From contig MQRK01169010.1 in assembly GCA_001938485.1 (NCBI GenBank), forward strand, positions 1-64,000: a stretch of 64,000 nt of DNA. The letters are read 5' to 3'. Under the pieces are notes generated by a model. That model made no database searches. It was given only the letters and a program-made list of their open reading frames with translations, and had not been told where the DNA came from. Below, in pieces: positions 24,501-38,700 of the stretch. Source of the DNA: Girardia tigrina (lineage: Eukaryota). How positions within the stretch are numbered: the first letter of the stretch is position 1; every line of letters starts with the position of its first letter. A program made the translations under genes and the position numbers.

Positions 24501-27500
24501 GTGGGGACACTACTCACTTGAGCGCACGGTCATCAATATGACGGCTTTAAAATCTTAATGTTTTGATTGAAATTTTTCTACCAATAATTTAATTCTTAAA
24601 AAAAATATTTTTGTAATCAGTTGGAATTTTAATTCGATTAAAATAATAAAAATTGAATTTTTAGGATTTTTTTTTAAAAAAAAACCAAAACAAAAGCTAC
24701 AATTTTTTCCATTTAATTTTTTTTTATTAAATTTTATATATTTCCCGGTTCACTTCATTAAAACAAATTAATTATTTTCTTAAGTAATTGGAATTATTAG
24801 AATTTTAACGGAAATCTGTTAAAATATAATGCATTATAAAATACTAAAAAAAATAAATATATATATTTTTTTTAAAAAAACAATTATCTTTCATTTTTTT
24901 GATTAATTAATAATTTTATTAATATCAACTTTTTTTATTAAATTTTTATTTTATATTTTTTTTGGGGGGGGTGATTTTCTAAAATAATATTTTTATATTT
25001 TTTGTTAGAAGAAAAAAAAATAATTTAACTAATTATTTCGACACCGTAATTAAATGAAAACTAGCTTTTGGAACGCCTAATTTTCTAAAATATCGTCCAA
25101 GATATCGTATATCATTCGTAATTTATAATAATTATTTATTTATTTATTTTTGCGTGAGTAGAATTATTAATTTATATTAATGATTTTTAGGAGACAATCC
25201 TTGCAATACGGTTAAGTGCACCAAACCCCACGAAAGATGTTATCTTGGACTTTGTATTTGCGAAAACGGTTATAATGTGAACCCAGCAACCAACCAATGT
25301 GAAGGTATATAATTATTATTATCGATTAAATAATAAATATTGGTAATAAAAATTATAATTACCAATAATACTATTTTTCTTTTTTGATGGGTCAGACTTC
25401 ATTTTATTTTCGTTGATCATAAAAAATTGACAGAAGCACAATAATAAAGCAACAGAAAGAATTCCCAGTGTTCAATTTTCAATAGTTGTATTTGCCTTTA
25501 CCCTTGGGAGTCTGGATGGTCTCCGATGTTTTGTGGTTTTAACTATTCCAAATTAAATTTTTCATTATAATTTTCCTCCGCATATTGTTCTAATCGAGGA
25601 TTAATGTGAAAAATTGGCAATGTCATTTGAGAAGACTTAATTTTTTTTCGGGATTATTAGTAGCGATAGTTGAATCATTTTTTTAATATAATTTTTGTAC
25701 AGAGAAATTACACTTTTTTTAACAAAAAAAAATTAATAATAATTTTATTATTTTTTTCGGTTTTTCTTGTGTTAATTATTTAATTTATATTCTTTGAAAT
25801 ATTTAGAAATAGACTTTATTAATTACTAAAAATTTTCGTTCATATTCCCTATTAACTAATTAAAGATTTAAACAAAAAAAATTTTTATAATAGAAAAAAT
25901 ATTTTTAGGATTTAAACAAATTCAAATTCTCAAAATGATTATCAAAAAAAATTTATTTAAATATTTGATTGACGAAAAAAAAATCAAAAAATAAAACTCT
26001 AAATTAAAATTCAAAGACAAAATAAAGAATTTTAAATTACTTTTAAAATTTTTATAAATTTCAAATAAACGTATTTTATTTATTTATATAAATCAAAAAA
26101 AAATTTTGTTTTAAAAAAAACAATGAATAATTTTAAAATTATAACAAAAAATTACACAATTAAAAGTAAATTAATTAATTAATTAATTTGTTTTAGACAA
26201 TTAAGATCTGTAATTCTATTACGAAATGAGGAAACTGAAAAACGAATAGCGACATTCCTAATGTGAATCAATCTAAGAAAAGATTTTTTTAATATTTAAT
26301 TGAATAATTATGTGGAAAATAAGACATTAATACTAAGATTTTATTATTATTTAAATTTAACTTTTATTTTCTTATTTTTTTAACACTTGTAATATATTTT
26401 TTCGGTGAATTTCTATTGAAATTACCTTTATAAGGGTTTTAAATTTCAATTAATCTAAGTCATAGATCTTGAATGATATCTAAGAACATCCAATTTGACT
26501 CTGATAAATATTATATTATATAAATATTTGCATTCAGAAATCATATGATAAAAAATAGCAAAGCAAAGAAAGTAGGTACATTTAACAATCTATAAATTAT
26601 AAATAAGACTCGATCACTTATCCACCATAAACCGCTTGAAATTTTCTCTAAAGTAATGCTAGTTCGCCAAACGATATCATGTTATTTGTGTAGTGCTTCA
26701 AAAAATAAATTTTGGGAGATCAGAATTGAAAGGCGAGTGATCAAGGGATTTGAAACCATTGTCTTAAATAGCTGAATTGATAACATTACTAGAAAGCATT
26801 GCTGAATAAATTGGACCGGTAGAAGAAGATCTCCATGGCATGTAATCGGTAAGCATAACACTTCTTCGATACAGGAACACATATATCATCAAAAAATCGC
26901 GAAGCAAGAGTTCAGATTTCAGCTTTTCCCACTTACTTGAATCAAGCCTTACCTCTTATAAGTAAATGGTGAGAGGAAATTATTCCAGATTACAAATTTT
27001 CAAAATAAACTAATCAGAATGACGGTTAGAAAGTTCCAAGGTGGCAGTTGTACATTGCACATGTCACGATTTATTGTCATGAGCCAAATAAAATCCATAA
27101 CTTTTCAACCAATTATGAAACTTTGATACGTCTATACTATCGAATTAACCCATTAACGCCGAACGGGAACATTCGTACCCAGCTAATAAAAATGGCTGTA
27201 AAAGTAAAGACATTGCATTTAGCTATTTTTCGTTGATAAGGTGTGTACTCTGAAGGTTCAGAACACATACGGAACATGTTTTGTTTCTCTGTCACCAGGC
27301 ATGCATGCGCAGTAGCCGGCTGACCTTGACCAAGATAATTCTTCTTACATAATTCTCGGCATTAAGGGGTTAATCACTCACAATGATTGTAATTTTATCC
27401 TGACTGATTAACATTTGAATAGTCCGGGTGCACAAATTACAAAATACAAAATGAAAATACACATCCGCAAGATGACATATAATTAGTTCGTTAAAACAAC

Positions 27501-29762
27501 TACCTGTAATAGTGTAATCAATACCACAAGATCAATGAATTAGTATTTCTCCTTCTATTTAGTCCGAGTCATTTTTAAATGTAACATGTAAAGGAAAATA
27601 ATTTTTTTAATAAATAAATTTAATGACTAAAAACTCCTTCTAATATAAAAAAATATAATAATTATTAAAATAAATAAAAGAAACAAATAATAACGATTTA
27701 TTCCTATTGATAAATTTGTTGAAATATTGAAATAAATAAAAGAGAAAAGTATTACAATTGAAAGGAGAAATAAAACTATTTCCCCCCTGTAACAGAATAT
27801 ATGGCAGAGAGGAATTAATTCAATATATCCACAAAGAATGCGTTTGAGAGAAATTTGGCCCGGGAAAGCATCGATCGTCGAAAGATTCTATAGTCTCGTC
27901 ATTATCACAATTTCAAATCAATTAAAATTTTTATAGTGCCAGACTGTTCCCATTCACACTTGATTGATTTGGATTCGTGATGTTTACTTTGTTGTTTTGT
28001 TTTCTCCTTTCCAAAAAAAAGAAGAGAAAAACGAAATGCTCGATTTCTGAGTCAACATTAATATTATATTAAATCTTTTTCAACTACGCTTTTTTTTATT
28101 TGATAAATTGTTTGTTTTAAATACAATCTGAGAAAATAGAAAAAAAACGTTTTTTTTTCTTTCTGTATTTTCTTCTTTTTACGTTTATCGTAATTTAATT
28201 TTGTAATTAATTGAAATATAATTTGTTTTGAGTTTATTATATTTGATTAAATAATGTTTATTATTTATTTATATTTTTATATTTTTATAAAATTGATATT
28301 CTGTAAATGATATGCAACTTGTCAAAGATTCTTGTTTGGTGTTTGATATCAATGAAAAGATATAAGGAAGGTTAAAAAAATATTGAATTTCAAAGACCAG
28401 GCATTTGTGAGAGCGACGTTTGATCACGAAAGCTTGATAACAAGAACGTGAACCATTCGTCTATCCTGAAAGTAAGAAATATTTTAAACTGCGTAAGGAT
28501 GTCGTGTGTTTACTTGGGCGTACTGAAATTGAAATCGTGATTCTCCGACCAATTTGGAAAATTGGTGCTTTATTGTATTTGCAATAACTGATCATTCGAA
28601 CAGAATTCATATTTAAAATATAATAATTTTGGGTAATTTCCAATAAAAGTAATATTTTTATAAAATTAAGAAAACATTTCTAATGTTTTAATTAAAAATA
28701 TTTTGGAGGTTTAAATAATTTTTAAATCATTTAATTAATTTAATATCATTTTATCAAATATTTTGAATTTAAAATAATAATAAATTTATTTCCATTAATA
28801 AAAATTCCGAAACTACACTAATTAGAAGAATACAAAATGGTGAAAGAACTTCCGAGAGTTGTGATGACTCTAAATGTAATAGTAATAAATGTGTGCATAG
28901 TAATTGTATCGGTTCCTCTTAACCCTTCGTAACTCAATACCTTAAAAACATTATCTTAAAATTAAAAAAAAGATTAGGTACTGTAGGTATTAATAAATCA
29001 CCGATGTTGTATAGATCGGTGTGTAACAGATATGCAACAGTGATTTAAAATGTGATATGTTAATAATTAGAGATCCTGTAAGAGTTACAACGGTTTGTTA
29101 CAGAAGTGTCACACCATGTTACGAAGGGTTAACAAGGAAAATTGTTTTCTTGAGTGCAATACAAAATTTCCGTCAGTTATAATGAGCAGATCCGTTTCAA
29201 AATAATATCATCACTGAGAATGAAACGTCAAAAAAGAAAGTTTGCATTACTCTAAATATTTCCCCCAATGGAATACTTAACAACATTCACTGAAAGAAGG
29301 TAATGTGGTGTGTTTGATGGGATGGAGGTGGAGTCATCTTAAAAGTAATTGCTTTTACGTGAATGACAACGATAAAAATGGCAAGTGGTAGTTAAATTTT
29401 AACTGCGATGTCTATCTTGCTCAACCTTGCCCATATCACGCTGCTAATGAAACAAAAAGAAAAAGCGAAAAAAAATATATTGTCTTCCGTCACAATGATG
29501 GGCGTCCAACTGTTTTGTAAAATCTTTGGCTTTATTTTCTATTAGAAACACCTAAAGTACTATTACGTCGACCGTTTGTGAGCAAATCTTAAGACGCCTT
29601 GGACAATTGACAACAGTCAAATAAAGGACCAAACAACAGTTTTTAAAGGAAAAGCTTAACAATTTTAACATATATTTAATTCACTGAAAAACATAATGAC
29701 ATGTATTTAAAATTTAAGATAAAGTAAAAAAGAATATGAGTCATGTAAAATATAAATTCAGG

Positions 29763-29797
<35 letters not shown>

Positions 29798-32700
29798 CCT
29801 CACATAATATCCTCTTATGACACTCGTTTAAGCATGAAACAAGTCTGAATTTCCCATTGCGCATAATGATGATGATGATTAATGTAAATCTAAAATTCAG
29901 TCACAGTATTTATATATAATATATCAATTATTTTAGAAAATAAAAGTATTATAAACGTTTGTTGGATTTCAAAGTAAAAAGTTCAAATTAACTTATAAAA
30001 AACATTAGAAAAACCTACCCGTCCTCTCAGTCATTGGAATCATTATGAAGACCGTAATTAGCTCGTTAAAATGCAACTTATCGACAGGAGGATGGCAAGA
30101 AAATGACGATAAATATTTAATTAAGTATTAAATCAATAAATAGTTCATGCAAATGCTGCCATAGTTAATCAGGTGATTATTTGTTTGAATCCATCCCAGT
30201 CATGTGCACCGACTGCAATTAATTTCCCTTTTTCCGATGAATAATCACGGACAAAACAAACATAATCATTCAGCTGGAAGGCCGTAAAGGAATTCTTTTA
30301 GTTTCAAGGAAAAAGTCTTGGAAAACAAATCGGCATGAATGTTCTTGCTGTTCGCTTTTTCCATGAAAACCTGACTTTGGAAAGTTTTAAAAATTTCTTG
30401 CTATGATAATAAAAGTTGAATAATTTGTATTGTTACTCAAAATATAAAGTTCGGGTTACTTATCGAATAGCGACCTCTATCATTCAGCAAAATATTAGAT
30501 ATTTACATTATCTGTTTTTTTTCTTTTAACTATGTTTAATAAGGTTTTTTTACAATGCGTTATCTGATCACAGTGTGACCATTGGATCGCTCCTCCGCTG
30601 CGATCATTTGTCCTTGCCTTTAGGAACTGTGCAAAAGAAAAATTATTTCTATCATTCGTTTCCCTCGTCTGATCTCATTCCCCGAGGCGACCGAAGCATT
30701 CACAGACTCAATATTCATCATATTTTCATCGGGCAAACTGATCCAGATTCTCAATAACATCTACTTCGATTTTTCTTCGTCACACAGGCTGTTAGGCTCC
30801 ACCCGACAATTGCGAACAACAGGAAAACAAAATTGATCATCAGACTTCGAGTTCGTTTTCGAATTCATGATTTAAACCAGAAAAAATGCTGTTTTTTTAG
30901 TTGAATATTGAGAATCAAAAGTTATTAAGTGATTCAATTAAATTCGTATTATTCCGATTGCGTTAATGATAATTCACACTTTAACCAAAAACGAAAACTT
31001 TCTTGCAAAGTCAAAACATTTATTTCTTTTATTCAAATATACAAATTTCCAATTCAAAACATAAACACTTTTTCAAACATATAACAACTTTTTTACATTA
31101 AAAAACCATAAAACTATTTCTTTTAAATTGCAATTTGTTAAATTTTAAATTCTTTTCAATCTGAAACTTTTCCAGAAATCTAAAGTGTTATTTTTTTATA
31201 GTACTGTACTTTGTAAGCTATTTAGAACAGTGATCAATTAATATATTAGGGTGAACCAAAAGTCTTTTCGTATTTTTTATTAAAAATTTAAACATAATTT
31301 TACAACAAATAAAAAACATTTAAGTTTCAAAGTAAAGGCCATTTGAATCTATAGCTTGAACCCATCTATGGGCAAGTTGTGCGATCCCGCTGCGGTACCA
31401 ATCCTTGTTCTTAGAAACGAAAAACTGGTGACACCCGTTTTCGACCTCGGCCAGATTAATATTAATCTAAAAAATAATAAAAAAAATAATAAAAAAATAA
31501 TATTAATCTAAAGATTCTTTCTTTTTGAGCCAAAATCGGAAATTTTGCACTGTTGTTGTAGCAATATGCTTTTCAGAAAGTTAGTTTGATTAATGGGTCG
31601 TTTCAAATGCTTCCTTTTGGATATCGGTTATATTTGTAATTGCATTGATTGAAATTTACGCCCAATTAGGAGATATACTACTGCTATGAAACCAGGACTG
31701 ATATGCAACTCCAAACATAGCCAACAAAGTTGGGCACATGAGAGTTTCCAGGAAAGCTGAATAAAAAATACCAGTTTAAATATCATCCAAAATGATAACA
31801 TGATACATTTCTTAATTAATAAAGCATCACCATACGTATACACGTCCATCATCAACTTATTAATTTAGACTACATACACTGAGTATTATACAATGCGTTC
31901 AGAAAGTCACTGTGCACCTTTCATTGTCTGGTTTATTTTTAGATAATCAGCGTTGTAGCAGACTTTTTAAATGCAAATTTCTATGAAATCGAACTATGAA
32001 ATACATTCGTGAACAAAAAACATACCTACACACTTTGACCTTGACACTGAGCGTTTTAAATTTTTTAAAAAAAAATATCATTTTGATATTCAATCTAATC
32101 ATTGACGAAATTCAATTTATTTCGAAGTTAATTCCAATTGAAAATGGTTTTGTCAACGGAGGAGAGAATATTTTTGATTGAACATGTCTTTCGTGCGAAT
32201 GATGAATACACAGAAGCAGTGAAGGAAAAANNNNNNNNNNNNNNNNNNNNNNNNNNNNNNNNNNNNNNNNNNNNNNNNNNNNNNNNNNNNNNNNNNNNNN
32301 NNNNNNNNNNNNNNNNNNNNNNGCTTTCATCGACCAGTTAACTAAAGAAGAACGATCGACTGGCTATTTTCAGCAGGATGGTGCAACAGCACATACCGCA
32401 AACATTTCGCTTCGTTTTTTGAATGAGATCTTCCCGAAGAATTTGGCCGCCAAGATCCCCAGATTTAAGTGTTTTGGACTTTTACCTGTGGGGAGCGATA
32501 AAGCAAAAGGTTTACCGAAACAAACCACAAACTTTGCAAGACCTACGTGATAACATCCTACACCAAATTGAAGCCATCACCCAAGAGGAAATTCATCGAG
32601 TGTTCGAAAACTTGAAACNTCGAATTAACGTTTGTATTCACGAACTTGGTGGGCATTTCCAGGAGTTGTTGTGACTCTTTTCTTGTTATTTTTAATAAAT

Positions 32701-35700
32701 TAAGAGACGGTCATTGTTCTTCACATAAAATTGACTATTCAAAATATTTTGTTATTGATTTTTAGAACACAGGATATCGTTTTTGTTTTGAAATTGCAGG
32801 TGCACAGTTACTTTTTGAACGCACTGTACTATTCACGAGTGGGCTATATTGGGGTATTTCTATCAGAACCCAGTATAACGAAAAGACCTTCGTCAAACCA
32901 CAATATCTATTTCAAATATTCATTCTTTGTCTGTCCTATTGTTCATGGACTTTATGGTTTTGGATTAAAATTAAAGTTGTGCTTTTTTCAATAATCTTTT
33001 AAAAACATGTGATTCATGCAGTTCTGTGCTAACTGTGGATATGCTTATGTCAATATCAGTAACTATATGAAAATTATGTATAATGTTTCAAAATTGCCAC
33101 AGGTTTTTTGAATTTCTCCAAACATTCCTCAATAATATTTGGTCTAATCTTTGAGTTATTTTTTAAGGACATTTCTCTTTAATACTGTAAAGTTTATATA
33201 ATGATAATCTTCAATAACAAGTTGAATGGCTCCGACCGAAAAAGTAAAAGCAATTTACCAGAAAAGGTTTTCAAACCGGTAGACATCCACAATCATACCA
33301 CGATCAAAATCAGTAAGCTGTTGTTCTCTTGGCATCTTTTTGAAAAATTAAAAGATGATTATAGATATGTAAGTAAGTAAAGCTAATTATAGACTCACAA
33401 AAAACACTAATTACTTAAGTAAGATTTTAGGATTTCCTTTCCTGTTGTTGTATCATTGTTTCGTAATTTCTCATTGACGAAATCTCACTTAAGTTTTTTA
33501 AATAAACCATGGAGTGGCAGTGTTTTAAGTTGTTACTATTTTTAGAATCAGTGGTTAGCGTTAATCAGTTCTACAATAGTACTGACAAGGCATAAACGTG
33601 GTTTTGGACTAATTCTAGTTTTATTTTAAGTTTTAAGGAATTTTGAAGACACAATTTACCTAAATAAAAAAGAATCATAAGTATAATATTACATCAATTT
33701 TCACGTTCAAAATTTCTTATTGAATAAATTATATTATTTATTTATATCATTATTCAGAAATATTTCTTTCAAATTGCAAAAAAAATTATTTAATAATATT
33801 ATTTATTTTTCAATCATTTTAAAATTTAATATTACTTTTATTCATCTAATCAAGTTTTAAAAAATACCGAAAGATATAATAATATTAATAATATATTTTC
33901 CAAGAAATTTTCAATAAAAAAATTTTAAGTCTTGAAAAAATAATTTTTTGAAAAAAAATTTGTCAATTTCATTATTTTTCTTAATTAAAAAGAAATTTTT
34001 AAGTATAAATTTTGGCAACATCTGATAAGAACTTTTCTTTGTCCAATTTTTAAAGAATTTTTATCTTTTTACTAAACTCTGTAAGTTTTTCTTTTCAATA
34101 ATAAAGAATGTAAACATTTAATGAAAAATAAATAAAAATAACTGTTAAACAAATATATTAATTATTTGATTTAATTAAAATTAAAAAGAAAATATTATTA
34201 ATTATTTTATATTATTTTTTTGGATTTTATTAGGTTTTTCTTAAAATTATTTTCATTTTTCTTATATTTTGATGTATTAAATATTTTAATAATAATATAT
34301 AAATATTTTTATTTATATACGATTTATTTTTTGGAATATGTTTAAAAAATAATGATAAATTATTTTAAAAAAAAACTATACTCCATTTTTAAGATCATTC
34401 ATAAAAAATGATTAATTTTGAAAATCCAACAATACCAATAAGGATATATTTTAGATTTAGAATTTATTGTATTACAATATATATGAATGTAGAGGACATC
34501 AACGATTACTGTGAACACTAGTTTGTACAAAAATGGATGTTATCAAAAGAACTAGTTTATACATAAATTTAATCAACATAATGCTTCACAAACATACAAT
34601 TAAGAATGCCTTATAAAATTTCAATACGTAAAATGAAAGCGAACCACGACGACACTTAATCACTTAAGAAGCCCGCTTTAGCATTGATACAGCTGTTAGG
34701 CGAACCAATTGTTAGAAAGTTTTCTAAAAAAATGTAAGAAAGATTTCAACTTTTAAAAAGGTCGGTGTTGAATACATTGATATCTAGAGTTTTCCTTTTA
34801 ACAAAGACTACAAGTTTTCAATTGTGTTCAGGATTGGGCTTTTCCTAGTCAATCAAGAACTCTCAATTTGTGTTTCTATCCATCCTCTATCCTTCTTACG
34901 TCTGTTGTAATAAACTTCATCATGTTTAAAAACACAAGATTAGTTCCCTTGACCAAAAAAAATGGGCCACCAAAGAAATTCTTGTGTTAATTCTTGCAAT
35001 AATCAGAATTATATTTTTCTGATGAGTTTTTAAATCGAACAAGACAAGGATGCTTTGTTTTCATTACTTTTGTCATTACCCAAAACCTTGAGTCCTGTTG
35101 TCGCTGGATTAATATTATTCTTTAATTACTCAATAAAAGAATACTTGAAAATTTTATACGAATATATGCTTAATAATGGTGATTTTTAATTGAAGATTTT
35201 AAGTATCTGGGTGGCTTTACTTTGTCCATTTCGAATGTTAATTAGGATTAATGGTATCTCGAAATGTGAATCAATACTCTTTGTAAAACAAAAAACTCAC
35301 TAGCAAAATTATAATTGATTTGTATAAACAGATGTTGATGAATGTAAGACCGCCGCAAATGATTGTGCAAGCAAGAAAGGAAAGTGCCTAAACCTTGACG
35401 GTAGTTACGAATGCGAATGTCTCTATGGATATAGAATGTCCTCCGACAATATTTGTGAAAGTATTTAAAATTTTGACAAAAAATGATGGTTTACTGAAGG
35501 CATTGTATTTCTTAGATATCAACGAATGCACTGAAAACCTCCATAATTGTGGAGAGAATGCCGAATGTGTTGACACTGATGGAGGGTATTACTGCCAATG
35601 TAAAATGGGATTTACCGGTCACTGTGACGAATGTCGAGGTAATGGGAAGACATTTGATTTGTAACTTATAACTTGAAACTTGTTTCAGATATCGATGAAT

Positions 35701-38700
35701 GCGCTCTTGGAATGAACGAATGTGATTCCAACTATGCAACGTGTACCAATACACTCGGTTCATTCTTATGTCAATGCAATGACGGATATTCTGGCGATGG
35801 AAGCATATGCAGTGGTATGTCATGGAATTTTTTATTCTTATAATTCAATTATTAATATATTTACATTTAGAAATCGATGAATGTGTATTAGGACTACACA
35901 ATTGTACCAAATCTAACCAATTCTGTTTCAATACTGATGGAGGATTTCAATGTAAATGTACGTCCGGCTATACGTTAGATAGTAGCAGTAGTTGCGTTGA
36001 TGAAAACGAGTGCTTATACGCCGATAATGGATGCGATGAAAATGCCCACTGTATTAATAGCGAAGGATCCTACAAATGTGTTTGTAAAATCGGTTATACA
36101 GGATCAGGGAAAACTTGTTCGCCAATAGGTTAAATGGAAAAAATATCTGTTAGATTTTCTTTTTTAATTTAGATTATTTTAGATGGATATGTAATATGTG
36201 GAAACACGCTGTGCCCAATAAATTCTCAGTGCAATAACGGTACTTGTCAATGTAAATTAGGCTATGAAGATTCTGCGAATCAGTGCATAAGTAAATGCAT
36301 TTTAATATTTGATAGAATTAGGTTTAATAATATTTGTTAGACATCAATGAATGCATAAATCAAACATCGTGTGACATCAATGCTAATTGCATTGATACGC
36401 CAGGCTCTTTTATATGCCACTGTAAGGATGGATATGTGGGCAACGGTTACGACTGTTATGTGAAAACAACAGACGTTGATCTATGTAAATCAGTTGATTA
36501 TTGTATTGATGGAGATTGTTACGACAACGTTTGCCATTGTCCACAAGGATACGGTTTCAGAGCCAATAGATGTGTCGGTGAGAATTATTCCCAAATATAT
36601 GTATAGCTTACTACTTATCAACGTTTTTCCCTTAATCTACCATTAACTTTCATTGTTGTATTTCCATTTTATTTAAAGGGAAACAATGCATTTACATGCT
36701 AGCATTGAAATAATTACAATGAAAGGAACTCTTGTGTAGGAGGTTGTTTTGATTTCAGTATGAAAAAGGAAAGAGGACATCCGTTACAACTACACTAATG
36801 AAAATATATATGCACTTGATGGAAGGAAAGAATAACCAAATCTTTAATCTTTAATGAGTTGTAAAAATAGATTGATGATTATTAAAAACTAATGTACTTG
36901 CTTTTTTGAATTGATAAAAACATGTATTGGCAAGTCTTAGTTCTTGCGTTATTCAGTTACTCGGGGGGATATTCTACGCAATCCCTCGAAAGGTTTCACT
37001 TCATAAACTAATGATAGTTTCTGTATTTTTAAAGGACCTTTCTTTCTTTAGTCAGTAACTTTAATAAAAAAAATCCTAATTTAATTCTTAATTAATTAGT
37101 TTTCTTTATTAATAGTAGTACATCGTATTGAAATTCTACGCTTTAAGAGATAGGTTTGTTTACTGCGTAAGTCTTAACTCTTAAGAAACGTTACCATTCT
37201 TTCTTCATATTTTTATAAACTTGAAAAAAATGTCAATTTTTTAGTAAAAACAAATAAACGTCATTTAAAAATATATTTTATGATAATATATTTCGACGCT
37301 TTAACCGTCATCATCAGATTAGTGATTATGTTCTTTTTTATTACTTTTATATAAGAAATGAATGATTGAGTAATCACTTACGTAAGCCTAATCGACAACT
37401 CTTAACAAATTAGTTGAGAGTGCTGTTTGAACATTGATTTTCGGATCACATGATCTTATCAACAATGCTTCGCATGACTCTTTTTATAACTTTTATATTT
37501 TATAACTTTATTTTAAGAGAATATCTTTTACTTGCTATGAGGTCGTAGAAATAATCATTTATTTGACATCCGATAATCCAGCAAGTCTAACAGGTCAAGT
37601 ATCAGTATTATTATAGTAAGGATAAAAGGTATCATTATGAAAGCCAGTATTAATATTTTATATATATTTTTTATAAATAACACTTTCTTTACTTATACAA
37701 GGAAAAACAAAACAAAATCCATTTTCGTTTGCCAAATAATATTGTCATTTTATATAGTATCATAAAGTAGTAAAACATTTTCTGGCATCCGTTATTTGAA
37801 AAGCTGTGGATTTACGATTGGAAAAAACTGACGTAGACGGATTAATAATTTTCCCTAGAAAAACTCATCATAATTCAATAATATTCCAAAAAAAATTATT
37901 ATTATTATTTTATTGTTCAAGCATTAACTCCACAGGGATAATAATTAGTAGATGTATTTGATAATATTTGATTCCCATTTATTTTTATCACCATTATTAA
38001 TTATATTAAGTTGATTTTCGGTTTATTTTTATTTTTGGCTTGTATATCTTTGTATATTTCTATCAATTCTGGGTCGGGTTCAGAATCCCATTTTAATCAG
38101 AAAATTTTAAGGTCTTGAGGGTCTCAGTTTTTTGGAAAATGTTTAATCAAAGGCTATAACACTCAAGAAACTTGATTCTTTAGAATTCTTTGTGCTTTGA
38201 GCCATAAACTTTGAAAGATAGAGTTTATGAAATGCCCATCTTATTTAAGGCTCACCGGATGAACTTTTGAAGACGTTGAAAGAATTCCGGAGTTGGATTC
38301 ATTGTGGACTTTAGATTCATTGGACTCTACTTTAGTAGAGTGAATGCAAATTTGATTTACTATATGACAATATATATCTGCCTCCTGAAGATTTTTATTT
38401 GCTTCATGGTTCATTACTCATGTTCACTGTTATTTACTATGTATAAGTATTTTATAGACATAAAAAGAAAGAACAATAAATAGTTCCGCTTATAATTTTT
38501 ATAATTAGTGAAAATATATTATTAACGATAGCGAATTGTGGAACTAACTGTATTTTATAAAATAAACGTATAATCGATAAGACACTAACAGTTAATATAA
38601 AAAGAATTCCGAAAAGATTGTGTGAGGTTTGATTTCGTTAAATGAACTGGATTAATCCGCAGATGATCAACTCAATTTTCGTACCTTTGGTTGGGAATGA

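Noticed and set aside
30560-30620. Minus-strand RRSDPMVTL resembling TAF1
   Set aside because: No bromodomain sequence follows and stops surround it; likely chance.
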